The notes beneath the pieces are model-generated. The model was not told the origin of the DNA. It searched no databases and saw only the letters and a program-made list of their open reading frames with translations. Source: Candidatus Latescibacterota bacterium (GTDB taxonomy: Bacteria > Latescibacterota > UBA2968). From it: 64,000 nt of DNA. The stretch is taken from positions 2,112,001 to 2,176,000 of the forward strand of contig OZ240241.1 in the NCBI GenBank assembly GCA_965198115.1, read 5' to 3'. Of the stretch, positions 50,623 through 60,430 are shown piece after piece; position 1 is the first letter of the stretch, and each line of letters begins with the position of its first letter. The translations under genes were made by a program, and so were the position numbers.

Positions 50623-52396
50623 GCGAACTTTGCAGACACACCAGCACCTCCTGCATCTGCTTCGCTATCAGCCCGGTCGTTACCTGTTCATGACCGCGAC
50701 GCGGGTTATCATTTTCATGGCCCTTCCCCAGGCCCTGGGATTTCTCACACACCAGTTTTTCGACGGTCTGACCGGATCCGCTGCGATCTCGTTCTCACCG
50801 TATGCCATTTGCGCATTTATGGTCGCTGCAGGAGTCGCTCGATCTTGCTTCATCTTCATCGATATCCCGAACCACTTCGCCGCCCAGTTCCAGGCCGGCG
50901 CGCTCTTGCGCAAGAACCTGATGTCTGCTGTTTTGGATCGACCCGGCGCGAATGCCCTGCCCGATTCGACCGGCGAGGCCATCAGCCGATTCAGGGGCGA
51001 CGTCGATCAGGTCACGAACTATGTGTCGCAGTTGCCGTTCCAGGTCGGCAACATCCTCTTTGCCGTCGTCGCGTTCTACGTCATGCTGCAGATCCACGCC
51101 ACAGTGTCGCTCGTCGTGTTCCTTCCCTTCCTACTGACGATTGTGATTCTGAATTACACACTGCATCGCGTGCGGCGGTTCCGACAGGCCAGCCGAGAGG
51201 CTGCCGGCCACGTCACCGGATTTATCGGAGAGATCTTCGAGGACGCGCTTACAATCAAACTCGCGAACGCTCACGATCGCATCGTGACTCGACTGGAGGA
51301 TCTGAACGCGGATCGACGGCGCCTCACCGTTCGAGACAGGCTCTTCAACCGGGTCGTCGACTCGCTCATCTGGAACACGACGAACATCGGCACGGGTCTC
51401 GTCTTAGTTCTCGTGGGCAGCGCCATGCAGGACGGCACGTTTACCGTCGGCGACTTTGCGCTGTTCGTCTATTACCTGGGGTTCACCTCCATGGTCGTTC
51501 AGGGGTCGGCCAGAACGATTGCTCAATACAAGCAGGCCGATGTTGCCATCGACCGGCTCCACACGCTCCTGAAAGAAGACCCGCAGGAGAGACTAACCGA
51601 ACACAGCCCGGTCTACCTAAAGGGGAATCTGCCCGACATCCCTTCCCTGCCTCCCCGCGGCGAGGACGGACTCACCAGCCTCCGGGCCGAAGGATTGACC
51701 TATCACTTCCCCGACTCCAAAAACGGAATCACCAACCTTGATCTGGAAATAGAGCCCGGCACCTTTACAGTCGTCACGGGTCGGATCGGATCGGGCAAGA
51801 CGACATTGCTCCGAGTCCTGCTCGGTCTGCTACCGCGTGATGCTGGAGCCATTCTCTGGAACGATCGTGTGATCGAGGATCCAGCGAGCCATTTCGTGCC
51901 ACCCCGGTGTGCGTATACGAGTCAGGTTCCCAGCCTCTTCAGCGATACGATGAGAGACAACATCCTCCTGGGATTGCCCGAAGAAACCGTTGACCTTGCG
52001 GGAGCCGTTCAGCTGGCCCAGCTCGAAGACGATCTCGCAGAGCTCGAAGAGGGCCTCGACACGCTCGTCGGAACCCGGGGCGTCAAACTTTCCGGGGGTC
52101 AGGTTCAGCGGACGGCCGCGGCGCGTATGCTTGTTCGATCTCCTGAATTTCTCGTCTTCGACGACCTCTCCAGCGCGCTCGACGTCGAAACGGAGAGGCA
52201 ACTCTGGCAGGGATTGTTCGCCAGTCAAGACCGGGCGACCACGTGCCTCGTGGTGTCACATCGCCGCCCCGCACTCCGGCGGGCGGACCAGATTCTTCTC
52301 CTCGCGCACGGCAAGCTGCTCGCTTCGGGGGACCTCGATCAGCTTCTCGAGAACCACGAGGAAATGCGACGGCTATGGGCGGGAGACGTGACGTAA
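50609..52396 (+). CDS. ABC exporter, fused permease/ATPase (probable heterodimer partner)
   Basis: TM domain plus GRIGSGKTT, LSGGQ, degenerate Walker B FDDLSSALD and SHRR. Confidence 0.93.
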   Translation: MSSPERTLQTHQHLLHLLRYQPGRYLFMTATRVIIFMALPQALGFLTHQFFDGLTGSAAISFSPYAICAFMVAAGVARSCFIFIDIPNHFAAQFQAGALLRKNLMSAVLDRPGANALPDSTGEAISRFRGDVDQVTNYVSQLPFQVGNILFAVVAFYVMLQIHATVSLVVFLPFLLTIVILNYTLHRVRRFRQASREAAGHVTGFIGEIFEDALTIKLANAHDRIVTRLEDLNADRRRLTVRDRLFNRVVDSLIWNTTNIGTGLVLVLVGSAMQDGTFTVGDFALFVYYLGFTSMVVQGSARTIAQYKQADVAIDRLHTLLKEDPQERLTEHSPVYLKGNLPDIPSLPPRGEDGLTSLRAEGLTYHFPDSKNGITNLDLEIEPGTFTVVTGRIGSGKTTLLRVLLGLLPRDAGAILWNDRVIEDPASHFVPPRCAYTSQVPSLFSDTMRDNILLGLPEETVDLAGAVQLAQLEDDLAELEEGLDTLVGTRGVKLSGGQVQRTAAARMLVRSPEFLVFDDLSSALDVETERQLWQGLFASQDRATTCLVVSHRRPALRRADQILLLAHGKLLASGDLDQLLENHEEMRRLWAGDVT

Positions 52397-52497
52397 CGGG
52401 CCGCCGGAAAACCGATGCCGCTTGACTTGACCCGGTTCACACCAGATAATCGTTCCGATGCCTCCGTCGACCCCACACTCCGATTGAATAGGACTCG

Positions 52498-53258
52498 ATG
52501 AGCGAATCGCAGGCAGAAGTCGAGCGACTCAGGGCCGAACTGGATCGGCTGCGCACGGAGTTCAGCGAAAACGTACGCCGCGAAAATACCCGTGTGCTTC
52601 GCGAGGTTGCCAATGGGATCAGCCACAACCTGAACAACCTCCTGACGGGTGTCCTCCTTCAGGCAGAACTCATCGAATCTGTCGCGCAGGAGCCCGAAGT
52701 CCAGGAATGCATCAAGGACATTCTGCGAAACGGGCGGCGTGCTGCCGACCTCATCAACCGACTCTCTCTCTCGCTGCGCGAAGACACCGTCGACGCTCCG
52801 GAGAGCATCAGTGCCAACGCCATCATCCACGAGGCCATCGAGGCCACGCAGCCCAACGGGCTCGACGAAGCCGAGCGACGTGGCCTTACCATCACTTTTG
52901 AACACACGCAGGAGGAGCTTCCCCCTATCCTGGCCACACGGACGCTTCTCCTCAATATGCTCGTCGACTTGATTCGCAACGCCATCGAGGCGATGCCCGA
53001 GGGCGGCACCATCGCCATCGCGACCCGACGCGAAGGTCGTCGTATCTGTCTGAGTGTAGCCGACGAGGGTGTCGGAATGGATGCCGACACCGTGCTGCGA
53101 GCTCCCAATCCGTTCTTCACAACGAAAAAGACCGTGGGCGCTGGCCTCGGGCTTTCAACCGTGAGTGGTATCCTCGCCCGTTGGGGTGCCTCGACATCCA
53201 GAGCAAGCAGGACAGCGGCACCACCGTCTCCCTCTTCCTCCCCGTGTCTTCAGAATGA
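52498..53258 (+). pseudogene. Short cytoplasmic histidine kinase, frameshifted near 53187
   Basis: GISHNLNNLL, DLIRNA, DEGVGM, FFTTK and GLGL. The tail LDIQSKQDSGTTVSLFLP lies in another frame. Confidence 0.75.
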
Positions 53259-53323
53259 GCAACCCCTCCTCCCACCACGCGAGACTGAAACGCCGATCCA
53301 ACCACACCCGCCAGGGAGACCCC

Positions 53324-53719
53324 GTGTCCGGATACACGACTGCCGTCAACGACTTCACACGCGCCTGCAAGGACAACCTGCCCACCCATCCCGTCCTGAT
53401 CGGCGAGGAGCGGATCGCTTTCATTCGTCAGATGGTCAACGACGAGATGGAAGAGCTGGAACAGGCCGAAACCGTCCACGACCAGGCCGACGCCCTGGTC
53501 GACGCGATCTACTACATCTGTGACTTCGCCGCCACCCACGGAATCAATCTGGACCCCGTGTTCGAAATCGTGCATCAAGCGAACATGCAAAAGGTCGTCG
53601 ACGGGAAGGTCATCAGACGCGTCGATGGAAAGATCCTTAAACCGGAAGGTTGGCAGGACCCCGGTCCGAAGGTGGAGGCGGAGCTGCAACGCCAGATGGA
53701 CCGAGGATCTTTCAACTGA
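53324..53719 (+). CDS. MazG-like / PRA-PH-like nucleotide pyrophosphatase
   Basis: DEMEEL, ADALVDAIY, VHQANMQK and DGKILKPEGW motifs. GTG start after GGAG. Confidence 0.8.
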   Translation: MSGYTTAVNDFTRACKDNLPTHPVLIGEERIAFIRQMVNDEMEELEQAETVHDQADALVDAIYYICDFAATHGINLDPVFEIVHQANMQKVVDGKVIRRVDGKILKPEGWQDPGPKVEAELQRQMDRGSFN

Positions 53720-53775
53720 AACAACAGTTGGTGATGGAATGACGAAGGTGAACAGCAACGGCCAAGAGGTCACCC

Positions 53776-54195
53776 ATGATTGAGAGCAACCAGGTCCTGG
53801 TTCAGGCTTTTCGTGACACGGCGGATCGACTCGCTTCCGGAGCGCGTTACGAGTGGGGTCACATGGGGCGATGCAATTGTGGTCATCTTGTCCAGACGCT
53901 GACCCACATGACCGATGTCGAAATCGCCCGGTCCGTCGACTACGACCTGAACGAATGGACGGAGCACGCGAAAGATTATTGCGAGGGCACGGGGTCGAAG
54001 GTGCAGGACCTCTTCGACACGCTCGGAGACTTCGGCCTGAGTCACGAAGACCTGCGCCATCTCGAGCATCTCTCCGATCGACGTGTGTTGCGCCGGCTGG
54101 GGTTACGTGGCCACACACTTCGGCGGAACGACGTCCAGGACGTCACCCTCTACATGCGAACGATGGCTCGGGTGTTGGAAGATGTCGGTGCCTGA
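53776..54195 (+). CDS. Hypothetical protein with YEWGHMGRCNCGHL motif
   Basis: Compact ORF with GAGG upstream, Cys/His cluster and HLEHLSD. Confidence 0.65.
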   Translation: MIESNQVLVQAFRDTADRLASGARYEWGHMGRCNCGHLVQTLTHMTDVEIARSVDYDLNEWTEHAKDYCEGTGSKVQDLFDTLGDFGLSHEDLRHLEHLSDRRVLRRLGLRGHTLRRNDVQDVTLYMRTMARVLEDVGA

Positions 54196-54274
54196 CCCGA
54201 ATCGGCCAACTCAGTAAAAGAGCGCGTCTTCCGATTCGGGAGACGCGCTCTATCGTAGTGATCGTCCTTCGGAT

Positions 54275-55417
54275 CTACATCATCGAGATCCGCTTCTTCT
54301 CGAAGAAGCCCCGATCCCATTCCGCACCCCATCCCGGACCTTCGGGCGGTCGGATCTGGCCGTTCACGGGCACGGGCGGGTTCGTGAGCCCGATCTCCTT
54401 CCCCGCCTCGTCGCGGGACCCGTTCGGAAAATACTCGTAGTAGGATGTATTCTCGACACCACAGACCAGATGCGCGTGCACCAATCCAAAGTTTCCGCCG
54501 GGCCCGTTAGGCTCGATCGTCGTCCCCATCGACGACGCCAGCCGCGCGAGTCGTAGAATACCCGTCAGCCCGTGGCGGGCGTTGACGCGAAGCAAGTCGG
54601 TTGCCCCTGACGTGAGCCACAGCGCGCTCAGATCCATATCGTTCATCATCGTCTCCGGGGTGACCACGGGAATCTCGAGCGCTTCGCACAGCTTCTGCAA
54701 CCCGACCTGATCTCGATCGAAGAGCGGTTCCTCGAACCAACCGTAATCCAGCTCCTCGAGCAGCCGGCCCACGGCGATCGCCTCCTCCAGATCGTAGTCG
54801 CACCCCGCGGCATCGTGAAGTAACGAGATGTCCGCCCCCACCGCTTCGCGTGTTGCCCTGAACCACGGATCGTTTTCCGCGCCAGTCCCTCTGTAATGGT
54901 CTTTGACCGCGCTGAATCCACGTGCAACAGCCGACACCGAATCTTCGGCGGCGGCCTCGGGCGTGGATCCTCCATTGTTATAGTAGGCCGGACACGATTC
55001 ACGCGCTCTTCCGACCAGATCCGCAACGGGCTTGTTCTGCGCTTTCCCGGCGATATCCCACAGACAATTGTCGAAGGCGCCCTGCCAACCCATCGCCGTA
55101 AACATGCCACGCGTCGCGATCTGGCACATATCGTAAAGCCGTTCACGGTCGCCCGAATCTTCACCGATCGCCAGGACGCGCAATTGCTCCAGATCGAGTC
55201 GCCGCATCGTCGTGTAGCGCGCGTCTCCAACCGTGCAGATGCCCTCGATTCCTTCATCCGTCTCCACGTGAAGCACGTGGATCTCGTCCTGGACCGACGA
55301 ATGAGGACGCCGCACCCAGCGCGACCGGTCGCGCCCCGTGTCCACCTGCTCGAGTTTGAACCGGCCGGTGTTGCTCGTCGACTCAAAGATCGAGAGCTTG
55401 ACGTCGGTGATTTTCAC
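54275..55417 (-). CDS. Mandelate racemase/muconate lactonizing enzyme (enolase superfamily)
   Basis: VETDEGIEG, DNCLWDIAGK, WFEEP and PGWG motifs. Confidence 0.88.
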   Translation of the reverse strand: MKITDVKLSIFESTSNTGRFKLEQVDTGRDRSRWVRRPHSSVQDEIHVLHVETDEGIEGICTVGDARYTTMRRLDLEQLRVLAIGEDSGDRERLYDMCQIATRGMFTAMGWQGAFDNCLWDIAGKAQNKPVADLVGRARESCPAYYNNGGSTPEAAAEDSVSAVARGFSAVKDHYRGTGAENDPWFRATREAVGADISLLHDAAGCDYDLEEAIAVGRLLEELDYGWFEEPLFDRDQVGLQKLCEALEIPVVTPETMMNDMDLSALWLTSGATDLLRVNARHGLTGILRLARLASSMGTTIEPNGPGGNFGLVHAHLVCGVENTSYYEYFPNGSRDEAGKEIGLTNPPVPVNGQIRPPEGPGWGAEWDRGFFEKKRISMM

Positions 55418-55489
55418 AGTGGCCTCAGCCTTGCACGACAAGTGTGATGTGACTATGATCTGGATGATGCGAGAACATCAGGAGAGAAT

Positions 55490-56043
55490 ATGAAAAACGC
55501 CATTATCGATGATCTTTACAAAATTGACGGCAAAGCAGAACTCGTAGAAGGAATGATCGTGATGGACTCGCCGACTGGTCTCCTACCCGGATACGCGGCC
55601 GGAGAGATATTTGTGAGTCTGCACACCTATGCCAAGAAAGGAAAACCGGTCACGCCATTACAGACAACGCCGCGTTCATCGTAGATCTTCCGAACAGGAA
55701 ATCCTTCTCACCAGATGCCGCCTACCACCTCGGCCCTCTCACGATGAAGTTCGCAGAGGGCGCCCCAGTATTTGCGGTCGAGGTTCGCAGCGAAGCCGAT
55801 CAAGGCCCTACTGCCGAGAAACGGATGGCCTCCAAAAGAGCCGATTATTTCGCAGCCGGTACACTCGTCGTCTGGGACGTCGACCTCGAGGCTGAAGACG
55901 TCGTCCGCGTGTATCGAGAAGACCAGGCCGATCCCGTCAGATTCGGTCGTAGCGATTTCGCCGACGCCGAACCCGCCGTTCCGGGGTGGTCCATGCCCGT
56001 CAACGCCCTTTTCCCAGAAAACGAAACCCCCTCCAGTCACTAG
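55490..56043 (+). pseudogene. Uma2-family endonuclease, frameshifted near 55643
   Basis: KAELVEG in one frame, then SFSPDAAY, FAVEVRS, KRADYFAAG and AEPAVPGW in the next. Confidence 0.8.
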
Positions 56044-56112
56044 GGCGAAGACGCTAATCAATCCTCGATATTCGATATTCGATTCTCGATCTGAATGTTC
56101 AATCTTCTATGT

Positions 56113-57891
56113 TCAATGTGAATGCCTCGGCACCGTCCGCTTCACCTTCTGATACTTCACCGCCGGCTTCATCACAGCGCCATCGGCCAATTGCGACACC
56201 GTCGACCGATAGATCTCTTCCCACGGGGTCTGGTGGTCGAGCACCTTCAGCTCGAGCGCATCCTTCCTTCGTTTGATCTCGTCATCGTCGATGAGCACGT
56301 TGACTTCGCGCGTGTTCAGATCGATGCGAACGGGGTCTCCCGACTGCAGGATTGCCAGGTTGCCACCGACGGCCGCCTCCGGTGAGCAGTTCAGTATGGA
56401 TGGACTGGCCGACGTGCCGCTCTGCCGCCCGTCCCCCACGCAAGGCAACTCCGGCACCCCGCTCTGAACGAGTCGATCGGGCGGCAGCATGTTGACGACC
56501 TCTGCCGAGCCGGGGAACCCTACAGGCCCGCAGCCCCTCACGAAAAGGATGCACTGATCGTCGATTTCGAGGGCCGGGTCGTTGATACGATCGTGGTAGT
56601 CTTCCGGCCCTTCGAACACCACGGCCTTCCCTTCCCACGCATTCTTATCCCCTTCCCGCTCGAGATATTTCTCTCTAAAATCATCTCCGATGACGGACGT
56701 CTTGATCAGTCCCGAATCGAACAGGTTCCCGCTGAGAATGATGAATCCGGCGTTCTGTTTCAACGGGTCGTCATAGGTCTTTATCACCCGCGGATCCTTG
56801 ATCTCGGCGCCCTCGAGATTCTGGCCCATCGACTTTCCCGTCACCGTCAGGCACGACTCGTCGAGCTTGCGTGCTTTCTTCAGCTCACCCATCACAGCCG
56901 GAATCCCACCGGCACGGTAGAACGCCTCTCCCAACCACTCACCCGCAGGCTGGCAATTCACGAGCAGGGGGATCTCGTGGCCGTGGGTCTGAAAGTCTTC
57001 GATCGACAGCTGTGCGCCAATGTGACGGGCGATGGCCACCAGGTGCGGCGGCGCGTTGGTGGACCCACCGATCGCCGAATTCACGACGATGGCGTTCAGG
57101 AACGCTTCGCGCGTCAGGATCTGCGAGGGGCACAGATCCTCCCTTACCATATCGACGATCCGTCGCCCCGTGTGATACGCCATCTGTGCCCGTTCACGAT
57201 AGGCGCCCGGAATCGCCGCGCACCCGGTCAGCGACATGCCCAGCGCTTCGGTCAGCGAGTTCATCGACAGCGCCGTGCCCATCGTATTGCAATGCCCGAC
57301 GCTCGGCGACGAGGACACGGCCATATCCATGAAGTCTTCATAGTCGATCTTGTTCGACGCGTAGGCTTCTCGTGCTTCCCAGATGACCGTTCCCGATCCC
57401 GCAAGCATGCCTTCCCAGTGGCCATCCAACATCGGGCCGCCCGACAGCACGATCGACGGGATGTCCATCGTCGCGGCGGCCATCAGACACGCCGGTGTCG
57501 TCTTGTCGCATCCCGTGGTCAGCACGACCCCGTCGAGCGGGTAGCCGTGCAACACCTCGACGATCCCTAGATAGGCGAGGTTGCGGTCGAGCGCGGCCGT
57601 CGGTCGCTTGCCCTGCTCCGCAATCGGATGCACGGGGAACTCGAATGGGAACCCGCCCGCATCGCGAATCCCCTCTTTCACCCTTTGCGCGAGAAACACG
57701 TGATGGCGATTGCACGGGGCGAGGTCGTTGCCCGTCTGAGCGATTCCGATGACGGGACGACCACTCTGTAATTCCTCACGCGTAATCCCATAGTTCATGT
57801 AGCGCTCGACGTAGACGGCCGTCATTCCCGGGTTATCCGGATTGTTGAACCACTCCTGCGAGCGCAGTTCTTTCGGTGTATGCTTTGCCAT
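56113..57891 (-). CDS. IlvD/Edd-family dehydratase (sugar-acid dehydratase-like)
   Basis: PCNRHH, GCDKTTP, CNTMGTA, GGSTNA, GDGRQSGTS and SPEAA motifs. Confidence 0.92.
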   Translation of the reverse strand: MAKHTPKELRSQEWFNNPDNPGMTAVYVERYMNYGITREELQSGRPVIGIAQTGNDLAPCNRHHVFLAQRVKEGIRDAGGFPFEFPVHPIAEQGKRPTAALDRNLAYLGIVEVLHGYPLDGVVLTTGCDKTTPACLMAAATMDIPSIVLSGGPMLDGHWEGMLAGSGTVIWEAREAYASNKIDYEDFMDMAVSSSPSVGHCNTMGTALSMNSLTEALGMSLTGCAAIPGAYRERAQMAYHTGRRIVDMVREDLCPSQILTREAFLNAIVVNSAIGGSTNAPPHLVAIARHIGAQLSIEDFQTHGHEIPLLVNCQPAGEWLGEAFYRAGGIPAVMGELKKARKLDESCLTVTGKSMGQNLEGAEIKDPRVIKTYDDPLKQNAGFIILSGNLFDSGLIKTSVIGDDFREKYLEREGDKNAWEGKAVVFEGPEDYHDRINDPALEIDDQCILFVRGCGPVGFPGSAEVVNMLPPDRLVQSGVPELPCVGDGRQSGTSASPSILNCSPEAAVGGNLAILQSGDPVRIDLNTREVNVLIDDDEIKRRKDALELKVLDHQTPWEEIYRSTVSQLADGAVMKPAVKYQKVKRTVPRHSH

Positions 57892-58150
57892 GTAAGCCCC
57901 TGTAGAGTTGGTCCATTCCGCCCACGATGCCCGATGTCAAGATTGAGAATCGTCCGACCACACGCAAGGCTGACGGTCTTTGAGGTCGATTCGGGCACGA
58001 AAAGGGGTGCCGACAATCGCCGACACCCCTTTCCTCATTTTCTCATTCCAGAGACCGCCAAACCTATCACGAACCAGGTCCTACTACCGCTTTTCTAACG
58101 ACGAACGGGTCCGCACCGCGTACACGATCAATCAAGAAAGACTCATCGAC

Positions 58151-58501
58151 TCAATCACTCAGCCCTGCGATCGCTTCCGCCTCCGATTCATAAATCGTGG
58201 ATGCCTTAAGCAACCCCATAATGCGGAAAGTTTTCCCGATCGTCGGCGTCACACAGCAGAATCCGACCTTGCCATTCAGCCCTTTCACCTTCTCGATAAC
58301 TTCGATCAGGATGGAGATGCCGATACTGTTGATGATTCGGGACTGTTCCAGGTTCAACAGGATGCGAGTGACTCCGTCGTCCACCATAGTATTGCAGGCT
58401 TCAGCGACCTTCTCCGCCCCAATGTTGTTGATGTAGCCATCCGTCACGACGATGCCGACGTCACCCTCCTGTCGAGTCTGAACAGCCAAGCCCTCCGCCA
58501 T
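58151..58501 (-). CDS. STAS-domain anti-sigma-factor antagonist (RsbV/SpoIIAA-like)
   Basis: ILLNLEQSRIINSIGISIL with the conserved Ser, FRIMGL and ESEAEA. Confidence 0.88.
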   Translation of the reverse strand: MAEGLAVQTRQEGDVGIVVTDGYINNIGAEKVAEACNTMVDDGVTRILLNLEQSRIINSIGISILIEVIEKVKGLNGKVGFCCVTPTIGKTFRIMGLLKASTIYESEAEAIAGLSD

Positions 58502-58571
58502 CGTAAGCCCCTTAGGGTTTGCCACGAAATAAGTGCTGCACTTTTCAAGGTAATGATCTTACGCTCGGAGT

Positions 58572-59778
58572 GTGGACGTCGAAACTCTCCGAACGAAGTA
58601 TGAAGCCTTGGCTCCGGTGCTGACGGAACGCACGCGTCGTCTGTGGGCCGCCACGGAAGCCGAAGCGTTGGGTCACGGTGGGATCGCGATTGTGGCTCTG
58701 GCGACAGGAATGTCCAGAGAGCGGATCTTTCGTGGCATTCAGGAGTTGAGGTCGGACGAACCTTTGGACCCGGCTCGCATCCGGCGTCCAGGCGGCGGTC
58801 GTAAGCGGAAGGCCGACACGGACCCGACGCTGTGGCAGGACCTGAATGATCTGGTCGAGCCAACGACTGCGGGGTCGCCTGACGACAATCCTCTGAGATG
58901 GACATCGAAGAGCACTCGCAAACTGGCCGCCGAGTTGCAAGCGATGGGGCATTCGGTGAGCCCCAGGATCGTTGCCAATCTCCTGCACGAACACGATTAC
59001 ACGCTGCAGGCGAATCGGAAGACAAGGGAGGGATCTGCACACCCGGAGGGACGCTCAGTTCGTTTACCTCGATGATCGGATTAGCCAGCAGCAGCAGCAG
59101 GGCCTTCCCGTTATCTCGGTGGACACCAAGAAGAAAGAGTTGATCGGCGACTTCAAGAATCCTGGCCGAGAATGGCGACCCAAGGGAGACCCGGAGCGTG
59201 TGAAGGTACACGATTTCATAGTACCTGCTCAGGGCAAGGCGATCCCTTATGGAGTGTATGATCTGAGCCGTGATGAAGGCTGGGTAAGTGTCGGTATCGA
59301 TCACGACACGGCCAGCTTCGCCGTGAATGCGATCCGAAGTTGGTGGAAGAACATGGGACGGCCCGCCTACGGCACTTCGACGCATCTGCTAATCACGGCG
59401 GACGCAGGCGGCAGCAACGGCGCCAAGACGCGGCTGTGGAAGTGGGAGCTGCAGCGCTTTGCGAATCGCACTGGCCTGACGATCACCGTATGCCACTACC
59501 CTCCTGGCACTAGTAAGTGGAACAAGATCGAACATCGCCTGTTCTCCTTCATCGCTATGAACTGGCGAGGCAAGCCCCTGGTCAGCCTGGCTGCAACCGT
59601 GAATCTCATTGCCGGAACGACCACTCAAGCCGGTCTCCGAGTACGCTCCGAGATCGACAAGCGACCCTACCCTAACGGGGTCAAGGTGACCGATGAACAG
59701 ATGACCCAAATCGATCTCACTCCGCACGATTTCCACGGCGACTGGAACTACACGATCCGGCCAATGGCTCAACATTGA
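58572..59778 (+). pseudogene. ISAzo13 transposase, frameshifted near 59048
   Basis: RIRRPGGGRK, WTSKS and LQANRK, then ISVDTKKKELIG, ADAGGSN, PPGTSKWNKIEH and HGDWNYTI. Confidence 0.9.
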
Positions 59779-59796
59779 GATCGACCGTTTATTTAT

Positions 59797-60412
59797 GGCT
59801 CTATCCGGGTTTCTCAACGGTGAAACTATAGAATGACAAGGTCATAGATCGTTCCCTACGCTTGGTTGTGTGTGTAGGACAATCAAAGCGAAGGGGGTGC
59901 GACCTATGACCGGGAGCAGATTACTATCGAAACTGCTGAGATTCAAGGGGTTCCGTGTTGTCAGCTGGTGGTTTGAGGAGGCGAACTACCGAATCTATAG
60001 AGCCTGGAGACTCAAGGACGAGTTCGAGCAGTTCTGGGAATACAAAGCGCCCTGGGCTGCCGAACGCTTCCTGAAATGCTGGACGACGTCCGCACTCAGA
60101 AGTCGACTTGAACCCCTGCGAAAGTTCGTCAGGACCCTGCGACAGCACTTCTTCGGCGTCCTCGCATTCGTGAACACGCGTCTTACCAACGCCATCGCCG
60201 AAGGCCTCAACCGAATCGTCCAAATCGTCAAGAACCGAGCCAGCGGATTCCGCACACTCGACGCATTCAACGATATGATCTTCCTTACCGTCGGAGACAT
60301 AAACATCCCTGAGCAGATTCCGAAGAGGTTCCGCACACTCTAACCGCGCCCCCATGCCAGGAACCACGGCACCTTCACCCACTTCATCTCGTTGAGAGAT
60401 CCGGATATAGCC
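59797..60412 (+). mobile_element. Internally deleted ISL3 copy 3 (616 bp)
   Basis: Both IRs intact, 804-bp in-frame deletion (WWFE joined to EANYR), flanks TTATTTAT/TTTTTTAT. Confidence 0.92.
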
Positions 60413-60430
60413 TTTTTTATTCGCGAACCC

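Larger units (their letters stand above)
58515..60430 (+). mobile_element. ISAzo13-family element with nested ISL3 derivative
   Basis: IRs GGGTTTGCCACGAAATAA versus revcomp GGGTTCGCGAATAAA, and 3-bp TSD TTA (58512-58514, 60431-60433). Confidence 0.85.

Noticed and set aside
53190-53523. Pro/Arg-rich C-terminal extension of the 341-aa kinase ORF
   Set aside because: Read-through in the wrong frame after a frameshift. It overlaps the MazG-like gene.
55490-56043. Uma2 nuclease, cyclases and MazG-like gene as a CBASS/Pycsar-type defence system
   Set aside because: The genes are scattered with no cyclase-effector pair, and the cyclases have signalling-type architectures.
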